From Escherichia phage teqhad: a stretch of DNA of 64,000 nucleotides. Positions 1 through 9,476 of the stretch are shown piece after piece; position 1 is the stretch's first letter, and every line of letters starts with the position of its first letter. Under the pieces are notes generated by a model. That model searched no databases, was not told the DNA's origin, and saw only the letters and a list, made by a program, of their open reading frames with translations. Location: sequence record NC_054933.1, one strand, 5' to 3'. The position numbers and the translations under genes were made by a program.

Positions 1-110
1 TTAAGAACTAATACACTCATTCCACGTTCTTTATAATTATGTGCAGCAGTCAAAAGAGAAGCAGATTTTCCAGCATTCATTGCTGCATAAGTAAAAATTA
101 AACTCGCCAT
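1..110 (-). CDS. tk: thymidine kinase, N-terminal part only (gene runs off the window start)
   Basis: Minus-strand translation from ATG at 110..108 reads [36 protein letters not shown] with a P-loop GKS, as I recall the T4 Tk N-terminus. Confidence 0.85.
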   Translation of the reverse strand, partial: MASLIFTYAAMNAGKSASLLTAAHNYKERGMSVLVL

Positions 111-111
111 T

Positions 112-300
112 TTAGTCCTTAGTTAAATTTTCTAAATATGTTTCTAAATCATTTTCAGCTTTATCGATAGATTTTACTAATTCGTAATATGTTTCGGCAT
201 CTCCATAATCAGAAGATATTTCAAAAGACAAATCCTTTTCTAAACTAATAATTTCACCAACTAAAAATAATATTTCGTTCTTTTGTTCGCGAGTAATCAT
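112..300 (-). CDS. small acidic hypothetical protein (62 aa), paralog of the next ORF
   Basis: ORF track; shares EQK..LF and YxEL..ExxLxxYL segments with 297..482; stop/start overlap with neighbours. Confidence 0.45.
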   Translation of the reverse strand: MITREQKNEILFLVGEIISLEKDLSFEISSDYGDAETYYELVKSIDKAENDLETYLENLTKD

Positions 301-482
301 AAGGAATTTATATAATTAATAAGTTCTTGTTCTTTATTATCGAATTCTTTAGAAAGTTCTTCGTACTCGTTTGCACTAAAAGGACCGCATTCATTACAAA
401 CTTTTTCCAATTCACTATTTTTATCCATAACTTCGTGGATAAGAGAAAAGAGTTTGTCTTTTTGTTCTTTGCTTAGGCTCAT
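297..482 (-). CDS. small acidic hypothetical protein (61 aa) with a CxxC pair
   Basis: ORF track; tandem paralog of 112..300. Confidence 0.45.
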   Translation of the reverse strand: MSLSKEQKDKLFSLIHEVMDKNSELEKVCNECGPFSANEYEELSKEFDNKEQELINYINSL

Positions 483-483
483 A

Positions 484-652
484 TATTAATTTCCAGAAGT
501 TTTAAAATAATTCGCTTTTGCTTAAATATTTCCACAGTTAAATGATCAGTATCTTTTTGACCAATTCCAATGGCAAAACCTTTATTAACAGCGAGTTCAA
601 TTAAATTATCAAGTTCACGTAACACTTCATATTGTAACTCAGAACTATTCAT
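484..652 (-). CDS. small hypothetical protein (about 56 aa), below the ORF-track size cut-off
   Basis: Read by eye on the minus strand (MNSSELQYEVLRELDNLIEL...); its ATG overlaps the stop of 649..882 in an ATGA junction. Confidence 0.3.
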
Positions 653-882
653 TTTGGTTCACCTTGTTTTACAAAGTCTGGATACGGTTGAAACCCGGAA
701 TAGAAACCTTCACCGGTATGATTTGTACATCCTTTATTGGAGCAATAGCAATAGCACCAATAATCAAAATCACATATCATTTCATCGTTACATAAAGTAA
801 AAACAACAGGCCATTTACACTTTTCACAATGGGCATTTTTAAGAATACTAGTTTGGCTCATAACCATGTAACCTTTAAGCAA
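649..882 (-). CDS. small cysteine-rich hypothetical protein (77 aa), possible zinc binder
   Basis: ORF track; nine Cys including HCEKC and CYCYC. Confidence 0.45.
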   Translation of the reverse strand: MLKGYMVMSQTSILKNAHCEKCKWPVVFTLCNDEMICDFDYWCYCYCSNKGCTNHTGEGFYSGFQPYPDFVKQGEPK

Positions 883-1070
883 TATTCTTCTACATGTTGT
901 TTACGACCTTTCTTATCAATAAAGGTATATTCAACGAATGTTCCAATGTAGTCTTTATCTACATCATGTGGACTATTAATTGGACATTTAGTACGGCAAA
1001 TGCGTTCCCATTGACGAATAATTTCCACTTTGTTTTTAGGATCAAACGGATGTGGGTAATGTACTTTCAT
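858..1070 (-). CDS. small hypothetical protein (70 aa)
   Basis: ORF track; sits in the compact overlapping minus-strand gene run. Confidence 0.45.
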   Translation of the reverse strand: MKVHYPHPFDPKNKVEIIRQWERICRTKCPINSPHDVDKDYIGTFVEYTFIDKKGRKQHVEEYCLKVTWL

Positions 1071-1521
1071 AATCCACCACTATTAAATCAATATCAGGAG
1101 TAAACATGTCGATTAATTTAGAAACCTTATCCCAATCGCCGCCAGCAATACCACAACCTATGCGTGGAATGTAAATTACCGGTTTAAACAAAAGGGTTTC
1201 TGCCTGTAGATTTAATTCTATCATGCAGTTTACTAAAGCACCATAATCAAGATTAGGACCCGGTTCGTATTGCGTATACAAATTATAGCATATACTAAAT
1301 CCTGTGGGATTATGTTTAAAAACAATAGACATATCGCCTAATTTATCACGAGAACCGTACTCAGTAGTGGTTTTATCTATTTCTAAAATTTTGGGATAGG
1401 CTCTTGCTAATTGACCAGCTACACCTGAACCCATAGTATGAAAACAATTGCACCCGTGCGCAATAATATTACCTTGAAGAAATAGGGCGACAATATCGCC
1501 CTTGATATATTTTACAATCAT
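1042..1521 (-). CDS. macro-domain protein (putative ADP-ribose / O-acetyl-ADP-ribose hydrolase)
   Basis: 159 aa; GDIVALFLQGNIIAHGCNCFHTMGSGVAGQLARAYP and IPRIGCGIAGGDWDKV resemble macro-domain ligand-binding loops. Confidence 0.6.
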   Translation of the reverse strand: MIVKYIKGDIVALFLQGNIIAHGCNCFHTMGSGVAGQLARAYPKILEIDKTTTEYGSRDKLGDMSIVFKHNPTGFSICYNLYTQYEPGPNLDYGALVNCMIELNLQAETLLFKPVIYIPRIGCGIAGGDWDKVSKLIDMFTPDIDLIVVDYESTLPTSV

Positions 1522-1859
1522 CTAGTACTCAATCCTCGATTATAAGAATCTACCAAACGGTCAACCATTGAATGACAAGCGGCTTTATCTTTCTCCTCCG
1601 CAACTGAACATTCTAAGGTATTCCACTTTTTAGCATATCGTTTTAACAATGTATCATTTTTGTATCTGCTTGATTTATCTCTTTCTCCGTCTTTATATGC
1701 ATATATTAATTTCTGCGCAAATTCAGCTTGGCATGCTTTATTTTTCCCGCAATAATCCGCTGCAGTACGGTTTACATACTCTCTAATTTCAGTATATGAT
1801 GTATCTGCTAACGCAGAAAATGAAATTAATCCTATACATAAAACCAAAATTTTAGTCAT
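1518..1859 (-). CDS. secreted or periplasmic cysteine-containing small protein
   Basis: N-terminal signal-peptide-like MTKILVLCIGLISFSALA; 4 Cys; overlaps the SLT gene start. Confidence 0.55.
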   Translation of the reverse strand: MTKILVLCIGLISFSALADTSYTEIREYVNRTAADYCGKNKACQAEFAQKLIYAYKDGERDKSSRYKNDTLLKRYAKKWNTLECSVAEEKDKAACHSMVDRLVDSYNRGLSTR

Positions 1860-2397
1860 TTACTATTTCCAAAAGTTTATTATTTTTAAGGTAATTAGCC
1901 TTTTCTAGGACTTCAGAAGCATATTTAGAACCTGCTTTAACATTCCATCCCGAATTATAAGAGGATATTGCTTTTCTTATATCGCCCTTATGTATATTTA
2001 ACCAATAAGAAAGTTCAATGTACGCCCAGGAAGCTGAATTGGACCGTTTATTCAACATTCTTTTTATTTCAGCATCGGTCATATTATAACCAAGTTCCTT
2101 AACTCTTGCTCGCATAGTAGGCAAATAATTTTGGAACATTCCATAAGCGTGATGCTTTGGTTTAGATTTTAAATTAACTCCGCCAGAGCTTTCTTGCCAT
2201 AAAATAGCAGCCATTATATGACCCAATCCGCTCTTGTGGATATTTTTGTGTGTTTTATATTTTCCATCCTTAGAAAATTGTTCCCCGAATTGATACGCGT
2301 AACGCATGTTATCGAGTTGGACATTACTGAAAGTATGCTCGGAGCTATGTGCCATCATTGAAATGGCCAATAGACCAGCGAGTAGTGCTTTTCTCAT
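1852..2397 (-). CDS. secreted soluble lytic transglycosylase (SLT) family protein
   Basis: Signal peptide MRKALLAGLLAISMMAHS; catalytic-type ESSGG motif and AYGMFQ motif typical of family-1 lytic transglycosylases. Confidence 0.65.
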   Translation of the reverse strand: MRKALLAGLLAISMMAHSSEHTFSNVQLDNMRYAYQFGEQFSKDGKYKTHKNIHKSGLGHIMAAILWQESSGGVNLKSKPKHHAYGMFQNYLPTMRARVKELGYNMTDAEIKRMLNKRSNSASWAYIELSYWLNIHKGDIRKAISSYNSGWNVKAGSKYASEVLEKANYLKNNKLLEIVND

Positions 2398-2404
2398 GCT
2401 TACC

Positions 2405-2866
2405 TCATTGAGTTTTAATTACTGCTTTAGAAGCCTTTCCTGGTAAACGACGACTGTTGATAATTGCCATCCTGCATTGAAGTGACGGGTCTTTGAACTT
2501 CTCATTAGGCTTACAAACCGTAAATCCAAGCCAAAGATTTCCATCTGTGATTTCTAAACGTCCAGGACGATATTCAACCCCATCAATAAAATCCTCGTCA
2601 ATGTCAGGACGCGGAGGCATACTCAGGAATTCATTAACTTCTAAAACATGGTCTTTTATTTTATGGAATAATTCAAAAACATATGTCTCATCAATCTCCC
2701 GTTGAATTGCACGATCAAGAAGATGTTGAGAATATTTTAGATGAAACGATGAGACTCCTGCTGCTTTTGATGCCTCACGAATCTCATTGTTAATTTGACG
2801 AAACTCCGACTCAAAGTGACGACGAAGCTTATTTCGACGGATAAAAACTTCTGTATTGATAGTCAT
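2405..2866 (-). CDS. regB: RegB sequence-specific endoribonuclease
   Basis: 153 aa, begins MTINTEVFIRRNKLRRHFESEFRQ; matches T4 RegB as recalled. Confidence 0.9.
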   Translation of the reverse strand: MTINTEVFIRRNKLRRHFESEFRQINNEIREASKAAGVSSFHLKYSQHLLDRAIQREIDETYVFELFHKIKDHVLEVNEFLSMPPRPDIDEDFIDGVEYRPGRLEITDGNLWLGFTVCKPNEKFKDPSLQCRMAIINSRRLPGKASKAVIKTQ

Positions 2867-2925
2867 GTTGTTCTCCTCTTAACTGATAGAAAAATTATAC
2901 CACAGTCAAGAGGAAAAGTAAACAG

Positions 2926-3204
2926 TTATTCTTTAAATCTAATCAATTTATTCATAGACTTTGAAACTTCTGCACGAACCTCATGTAAGTTTTTAAGCTG
3001 TTCAAGACGCTGCTCATAGTAAGCAATTTCATCTTCTTCGAGACAGTCCTGTGAATCTTCTTTAAGATAGCGTGCATAGTCCTGGAAAGCTTTACGGACT
3101 ACTTCCTGGAAGTCATCAAGACTTTGAATTTTCTTAGGAGCGGCAGATACACGACGAGGGGCAGTATAATACTCATAACCAAACCCTGCACTTAATTGAG
3201 CCAT
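2926..3204 (-). CDS. hypothetical protein (start set at the internal [11 protein letters not shown]...)
   Basis: ORF track 2926..3246; the track start looks like a non-ATG extension. Confidence 0.4.
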   Translation of the reverse strand: MAQLSAGFGYEYYTAPRRVSAAPKKIQSLDDFQEVVRKAFQDYARYLKEDSQDCLEEDEIAYYEQRLEQLKNLHEVRAEVSKSMNKLIRFKE

Positions 3205-3206
3205 TA

Positions 3207-3506
3207 TTATTTTTCCTCTGGTTGGAACACTGCACGACAAGCCCACATACTGGCTTCTTTGAGTTTCGTTTTAGCAATAGTTAACTGATCGAGGCTTTCG
3301 GCATAATTCTTCGCGAATTCACAATCTTCACAATTATCTAGTGCTTCCCAGAATTCATCATACAAAGCATCAAAGATAAGTCCTAAACGAACTTCAGCGT
3401 CTTTGATAGCATTCACTTTACCGATTTTCTCTTCAGTATGTGGTTTATAACCCTTAATATCTTCAATCATATTTGACTTCCTCACCAGTACATAAATCAT
3501 ATTCAA
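3207..3506 (-). CDS. hypothetical protein
   Basis: ORF track; CEDCEF motif; true start possibly the internal MIEDIKG. Confidence 0.4.
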   Translation of the reverse strand: MNMIYVLVRKSNMIEDIKGYKPHTEEKIGKVNAIKDAEVRLGLIFDALYDEFWEALDNCEDCEFAKNYAESLDQLTIAKTKLKEASMWACRAVFQPEEK

Positions 3507-3684
3507 CTAAACGAATAGGTTCATGAATGCCATATCCCTGAACAGAAATTTCTGTCGTAGGATAAATTCCACTAATATCACCCATATTCCACGCTTCATT
3601 AAATTGCTGTTCGCCTGAATTACTAAACCATTCTGCGAAAGCATTTAGCACATCTTTAGAACCTTCAATAATTATCTTTGCCAT
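3463..3684 (-). CDS. hypothetical protein (73 aa)
   Basis: ORF track; stop/start coupling with the GrcA-like gene. Confidence 0.45.
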   Translation of the reverse strand: MAKIIIEGSKDVLNAFAEWFSNSGEQQFNEAWNMGDISGIYPTTEISVQGYGIHEPIRLVEYDLCTGEEVKYD

Positions 3685-4046
3685 TACAAACTCTCGGTAA
3701 AGGTACGAGCGATAACGTCGCGCTGCTGTTCCGGAGTCAGAGAGTTAAAGCGAACTGCATAACCGGATACACGGATGGTCAGCTGCGGATATTTTTCCGG
3801 ATGCTTAACTGCATCTTCCAGAGTTTCACGACGCAGAACGTTAACGTTCAGGTGTTGACCACCTTCAATTTTAACTGTAGGCTGTGGCTCAATTTCAATT
3901 TCACGGGCATGCAAACCGTAGAAAATTTCTGGGTCTACAAAAGAGTCCTCTTTAAAGGTTTTAGAGACAATAATTCGTGCTTGAATACCATCTTCAAAAT
4001 AAATAGTACCTTTATGTGTGCCTTCAAGAATTTGATATGCTTTCAT
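3684..4046 (-). CDS. autonomous glycyl-radical cofactor (GrcA/YfiD-like; T4 Y06I-like)
   Basis: C-terminal 60 aa [60 protein letters not shown] is essentially identical to E. coli GrcA as recalled, including the radical Gly in RVSGYAVRF. Confidence 0.9.
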   Translation of the reverse strand: MKAYQILEGTHKGTIYFEDGIQARIIVSKTFKEDSFVDPEIFYGLHAREIEIEPQPTVKIEGGQHLNVNVLRRETLEDAVKHPEKYPQLTIRVSGYAVRFNSLTPEQQRDVIARTFTESL

Positions 4047-4053
4047 ATAAACC

Positions 4054-4380
4054 TCAATTAGAAAATAAATTTATCCAAGATTGTTCTTTAATTAAAAATG
4101 GCTCAGAATCATATGCCATTAAACTTTGGGTGATTAGTCCTTTAAAAGGTCCATCAATAAATTCCATGGTAAAATATGGAATTTTATTCATTAACTGTGC
4201 GTTAGGAGCAGTGCACAAAACTCTGCATCCTTTGAATACACCTTTTTGTAATTTGTATTGCTTGGGATAAAATTCGCTTAAAATGTTGTTATTTGCCAAA
4301 ATTTCAAAATGATTTACCAATTTATTTTTAATAGTTTTTGGCGAAAAATAGAGATATTCGAAAAGCTGTGTGTCTGTCAT
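4054..4380 (-). CDS. hypothetical protein (start set at MTDTQLFEY)
   Basis: ORF track 4054..4434; internal ATG overlaps the stop of the upstream gene (TAATG). Confidence 0.4.
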   Translation of the reverse strand: MTDTQLFEYLYFSPKTIKNKLVNHFEILANNNILSEFYPKQYKLQKGVFKGCRVLCTAPNAQLMNKIPYFTMEFIDGPFKGLITQSLMAYDSEPFLIKEQSWINLFSN

Positions 4381-4967
4381 TATTGCATTCCGATTACGAA
4401 AAACTGTGGACGAGTAATACCACCAATGCAACATTTACTATTACAGCAGTAGTGTACAGTGTCAATATGGACGCTATAAATCTTATCCATATCAGGAGAT
4501 TTGACAGGCTCATCAATTATATACAAAATTCGCGAAAGCGATAAACCTCTGAACTTGCTTCCTTTATTACCAATAAAACTGCGTACAGAATCAGTAAATA
4601 AACGAAAACGTATATCATCATTAGAATAACGCGAAAATTCCTTTTTAATGTTATTTGCAGAAATTTTAGCGTAAGCTGAAGTATTAGAAAGAACAATAAC
4701 TGTTCCGCCATCATACAGCCAATTAGCAGCAAAGTTAGTCACAGCAATTGATTTACCAGATTGACGTCCACCATCTATACGAAGTGTGCAGTACTGTTTA
4801 AGTAATTCTTCAAATGGCGGGATATATTCGTTTTTACAAATTTCTTCTACTCTAGCATCAGAATGGTGTGTAAAAGCATTCATCAGGGATAGATAAGGAC
4901 CAGTTAAAAATGTTCTCATTTTATTCTCTCTAAATTTGGGCCATTCCATGGCGCATGAATTGTCCAT
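4380..4967 (-). CDS. hypothetical P-loop-like protein
   Basis: GGRQSGKS Walker-A-like motif and ILYIIDEP Walker-B-like motif; probable true start at MRTFLTG. Confidence 0.5.
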   Translation of the reverse strand: MDNSCAMEWPKFRENKMRTFLTGPYLSLMNAFTHHSDARVEEICKNEYIPPFEELLKQYCTLRIDGGRQSGKSIAVTNFAANWLYDGGTVIVLSNTSAYAKISANNIKKEFSRYSNDDIRFRLFTDSVRSFIGNKGSKFRGLSLSRILYIIDEPVKSPDMDKIYSVHIDTVHYCCNSKCCIGGITRPQFFVIGMQ

Positions 4968-5060
4968 TTCTGTATTTACCCATTACCGCACTCAGGCTCG
5001 ACCTTATTACAGGTTGGCGGGAATCCCTCATAGAATCATGAGGTCCAGGCTGTTCCCATA

Positions 5061-5534
5061 TTATTTGAACGATTTAACGTACTGAATAGAACCTTTACTA
5101 TTTACAAAGGCAATTTTACCATTTTTATTATACATGGTAGCAGTACGTTGATAACCATAAGTTTGTTTACCAGATTGATAACCAACTAATGCGAAATTAT
5201 CTTCGCCCATTTTATTCTGTTTAGCGCGAATGCGTTCATGACCATGTGCCATAAGAACCTTAGCATCACCGGTTGCAATGGATCTACGAGTTTTTTCATC
5301 TTCAACTGTATTAACAAAGTCGTCAAATGAATCAAATTTAGCATGAGATTTATTATACAGTTTTCCATCTACTGCATAATTATATCCCTGTACATCCATC
5401 TCAACTTCTGTACCATCATCCAATACAGCAGTGATTTTTTGACCTTTTTTAAATTTCAAAAGATCAGTAAAAGATTCAGCAATAATTTGAGAATTAATAG
5501 CTGCTTCAGTGATAAATTCTTGATATGTTTTCAT
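5061..5534 (-). CDS. internal protein (IP) family, capsid-targeted
   Basis: N-terminus MKTYQEFITEA matches the conserved T-even IP capsid-targeting sequence with ITE|A and IAE|S gp21-type cleavage sites. Confidence 0.65.
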   Translation of the reverse strand: MKTYQEFITEAAINSQIIAESFTDLLKFKKGQKITAVLDDGTEVEMDVQGYNYAVDGKLYNKSHAKFDSFDDFVNTVEDEKTRRSIATGDAKVLMAHGHERIRAKQNKMGEDNFALVGYQSGKQTYGYQRTATMYNKNGKIAFVNSKGSIQYVKSFK

Positions 5535-5543
5535 ATGTTTCCT

Positions 5544-5960
5544 TTAAATGTAAATATTTTTACCGTAATACTTATACCAATGTGGTTTCATTAAAATTTT
5601 TTCATCAAGTCGTTGTTGACTCAATTTAATAGCTGATTTGCATGGATTATAATCATTTTTCCATTCTACTGGAATATCGCTGATGTCAGGAACTTCAGTA
5701 TCTTTTATACTGAACCCTCGTTTTAAGCATTCCGTTATAATGTCTAATTGACGCTTTCGCAAAAATTCTAACTTATCGTAAAAGAACGTAACATGGCCAG
5801 AACCTAAAATAAACTCGGAAGATATTTTAAAATCTTTAACGCGCTTACCATTTGCCACATGCTTACGAACTATACCAAAAACACGTGGCAATTCACGATA
5901 TTCTGCAATTAAATGCTGATCAGTAAGTTCAGATACTAAAGTCAAATTAATACGAGTCAT
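5544..5960 (-). CDS. denV: endonuclease V (pyrimidine-dimer DNA glycosylase)
   Basis: 138 aa, [12 protein letters not shown]...WYKYYGK, matches T4 DenV as recalled. Confidence 0.9.
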   Translation of the reverse strand: MTRINLTLVSELTDQHLIAEYRELPRVFGIVRKHVANGKRVKDFKISSEFILGSGHVTFFYDKLEFLRKRQLDIITECLKRGFSIKDTEVPDISDIPVEWKNDYNPCKSAIKLSQQRLDEKILMKPHWYKYYGKNIYI

Positions 5961-6019
5961 TTTATCCCTCCAAATAACTGTGAATATACTATCACAATTC
6001 TAGGAGAAAGTAAACAACT

Positions 6020-6988
<969 letters not shown>

Positions 6989-7007
<19 letters not shown>

Positions 7008-7477
7008 TCAGTGATAAAGTTATTTAAATTTTGAGTATATTTCTTTTCATCAAAAATCTTTTGCTGTCTGCGTAAACGCCATGGCATTTCAATGAACGTG
7101 TACCATATCCCAGATAATATTGCTGCTGTAAAAATATTAACAAGTATGGTTAAAATAATCCAATCTCCCGTTCTGTCTACTGGACTTTCTCCAAAGAAGC
7201 AAAATACAAATGATGTCACAGGAAAACTAATAATGTACCACAGAATCATAATTTTATCTGTGAACCAATCAGCATTTGTTAACTTAGCACGACCATTATG
7301 AATACACACGAATTTATCATCTGTTATAATAGATGGCTTAGCTGCTTGATATCCCATTCTAAACTCCCTAATCAACAAATTTTTCATATCTTCGGAACAA
7401 CCATTCCAGTCAACTCTATTAACTGAAATGCCATCATCCCCATCATCTAAATCATACCAGCGAGTTTTTAAAATCAT
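6989..7477 (-). CDS. small membrane protein (e.2-e.8 region), array member 1
   Basis: Central hydrophobic helices ILWYIISFPVTSFVFCFFG and WIILTILVNIFTAAILSGIWYTF; C-terminal tail FITECRKLK. Confidence 0.55.
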
Positions 7478-7836
7478 TTAATTTTCCTACAATCACTCAC
7501 AAACTCTTCCATTGATTCTTTTTCAATATAAGACATGTAGCTATTATATTCCTTTAATTGTATTTTGTAATCCTTTTTTCTTTGCCAATTTATTTTAAAA
7601 TTATCATAATGAAAATATAACATGGTACCAAAGAATGAAAATAATGAAATAATTTTAGTATAGTGAAGTTCACTCCAAACTTCTATTATATTTACTGTGC
7701 CGTCAATGTTTAAAATAAGACAGTCAATTAACAATCCAAAAAGACTACCCGCAAGAGCTGCAGCCAACGCTACAGCAAAAATTAAAAATGACTCAGGAAG
7801 AGAATATTTGACTTTATTTAGTTTTGGCTTTTGCAT
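7474..7836 (-). CDS. small membrane protein, array member 2
   Basis: TM helices; C-terminal EEFVSDCRKIK; TAAATG-type overlap with the downstream gene. Confidence 0.55.
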   Translation of the reverse strand: MQKPKLNKVKYSLPESFLIFAVALAAALAGSLFGLLIDCLILNIDGTVNIIEVWSELHYTKIISLFSFFGTMLYFHYDNFKINWQRKKDYKIQLKEYNSYMSYIEKESMEEFVSDCRKIK

Positions 7837-8231
7837 CGTGATTCCTTAACAAATTTCATAATTTCATCAAATTCATGCGCAGCAAGTTTAAGCTGATGTT
7901 CCTTTTTAATCTTTTTACACTGAGCTTTCCAATCACGTACACGTTTACGATAGTGTCTTCCTTGATACCAGTATCCTATCCAATTTATAGGTACTAATAA
8001 AAGCGGAACTACCAATGGAAGAATTAGTGTTGCTCCAAATATTGCACCAGATTCAATATCAGTCATAACGTCTATAACTATTCCAGCAATCAGCAGAATC
8101 ACAAATGATACGGCTACCACAGGACCTATTAACACATCAGTAGAAATTATCTGACGCTTTAATTCATACTTCAACGGTTTACTTGGAAGGTATAGTGATG
8201 GCTTTGACATATTCTCTACATTCCTTAACAA
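7818..8231 (-). CDS. small membrane protein, array member 3
   Basis: Two TM helices; tail KFVKESRCKSQN; true start probably ATG MSKPSLY near 8210. Confidence 0.55.
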   Translation of the reverse strand: MLRNVENMSKPSLYLPSKPLKYELKRQIISTDVLIGPVVAVSFVILLIAGIVIDVMTDIESGAIFGATLILPLVVPLLLVPINWIGYWYQGRHYRKRVRDWKAQCKKIKKEHQLKLAAHEFDEIMKFVKESRCKSQN

Positions 8232-8784
8232 ATTTTTCTAATAATAAATCGCTTTCAAAATTGGGATTTTCTACGAATTTATCAAAAAGATCATCAACAA
8301 TAGTTAAGATATTCTTTTTACTAAGAATACGTTTATTTTCATGCTTCGTTTCAGAATCAACTATAAGAGTAAAGAAATATTTCTTGCCCTGAAATTTTAC
8401 AGTAGTATCAATATAGAATAAATTTGACTTTTGTAAATTACGTTTAAACCATGCATCACTTAAACTATAAACACCAAGATAATCATAATCGTCGTTTAAA
8501 TAACATACTGTCCATTCAGGAGAAATGAAATCAGTAAATTCAACATCAAAATCACATGTTAATGAATGAATTGATTCAATACTGTTAATAAGTATTCCAG
8601 GACGTATTAAAGACTTTTTACCTTTATAAAATCCAGAAAGACTTTCATCAGTTTCATATGAAGAACCCCAATAATAATTACGTCCTTCTGCCATACGTTT
8701 AAGAGCATTTAATAATTGGTCTGGAACATCAACCTGTCTTTGGAACTCTTCAAACATTGAATTGAAATCACTTTGCATTTTCAT
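8179..8784 (-). CDS. hypothetical soluble protein (201 aa) at the head of the array
   Basis: ORF track; C-terminal EKFVKECREYVK encoded over the start region of the next gene. Confidence 0.55.
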   Translation of the reverse strand: MKMQSDFNSMFEEFQRQVDVPDQLLNALKRMAEGRNYYWGSSYETDESLSGFYKGKKSLIRPGILINSIESIHSLTCDFDVEFTDFISPEWTVCYLNDDYDYLGVYSLSDAWFKRNLQKSNLFYIDTTVKFQGKKYFFTLIVDSETKHENKRILSKKNILTIVDDLFDKFVENPNFESDLLLEKFVKECREYVKAITIPSK

Positions 8785-8825
8785 TCCTACTTACTCCAAG
8801 TAATAGGGGCCGAAGCCCCTTATCA

Positions 8826-9419
8826 TTATTTCAGAGAATTAATATATTCCTGAACATCGGCAGAGGTAGTTTCAACCCCAGAAATATTACCATTAAAGGT
8901 TTCAACTCGGGCGAGAGTATCTTCAATATCAACCTTAGTCAGCGCTGCAATTTCAACTACATCATCGGCAGTACTAATTCCAAGGGCATTCGCTGCACGA
9001 GTTTCACGGATATATTCCAATTTAACTGCAAGTTCTTGGCGAGCATCATCCAATTCAACTACTTTCTTGGCGATTTCAATTCGCATTTCAGCATAACCAT
9101 CAGCTTTAGTAGTCAACTGTTCAGCTGTTCGACGATATAGCAAGCCGAGTTTAGCATGCATTGTTACATCTTGACCTTCAGAAAGAAGCTTGCGAATTTC
9201 ACGCTCTTTTGATTCGGCCTGTCGATTCTTTTCGACAATAAGTTCACGAATACGTTTTTCTTCATTAATAGATTTAACAGAAGCAGTTTTTAGATCTTTA
9301 ATCTTATCAAGTAGTTTTGCTGCCGCAGCAGTATACTGTTCTTCAACAGATAGATTTTTAGCCATAGCAGAACCAAGTTTAGTGCGAATAAACTCAACAA
9401 TTTTCTTCAGTGTGTTCAT
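8826..9419 (-). CDS. coiled-coil protein with PspA/IM30-like character
   Basis: 197 aa, helical and charge-rich throughout with heptad-like patterning; weak resemblance to PspA-family helices. Confidence 0.5.
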   Translation of the reverse strand: MNTLKKIVEFIRTKLGSAMAKNLSVEEQYTAAAAKLLDKIKDLKTASVKSINEEKRIRELIVEKNRQAESKEREIRKLLSEGQDVTMHAKLGLLYRRTAEQLTTKADGYAEMRIEIAKKVVELDDARQELAVKLEYIRETRAANALGISTADDVVEIAALTKVDIEDTLARVETFNGNISGVETTSADVQEYINSLK

Positions 9420-9476
9420 AGTATTTCCTTAGGTTGGTATAATTAGATAATATCACGTTTCTAATAGATTGTAAAC

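Noticed and set aside
570-800. Plus-strand 76-aa ORF
   Set aside because: Antisense to a compact run of translationally coupled minus-strand genes; plus-strand coding is implausible in this early-gene block.
3684-4046. Possible host (E. coli) contamination or chimeric assembly, given near-identity to GrcA
   Set aside because: The gene is translationally coupled to flanking phage ORFs on the same strand and has a divergent N-terminus; it is a phage-borne homolog, as known for T4 Y06I.
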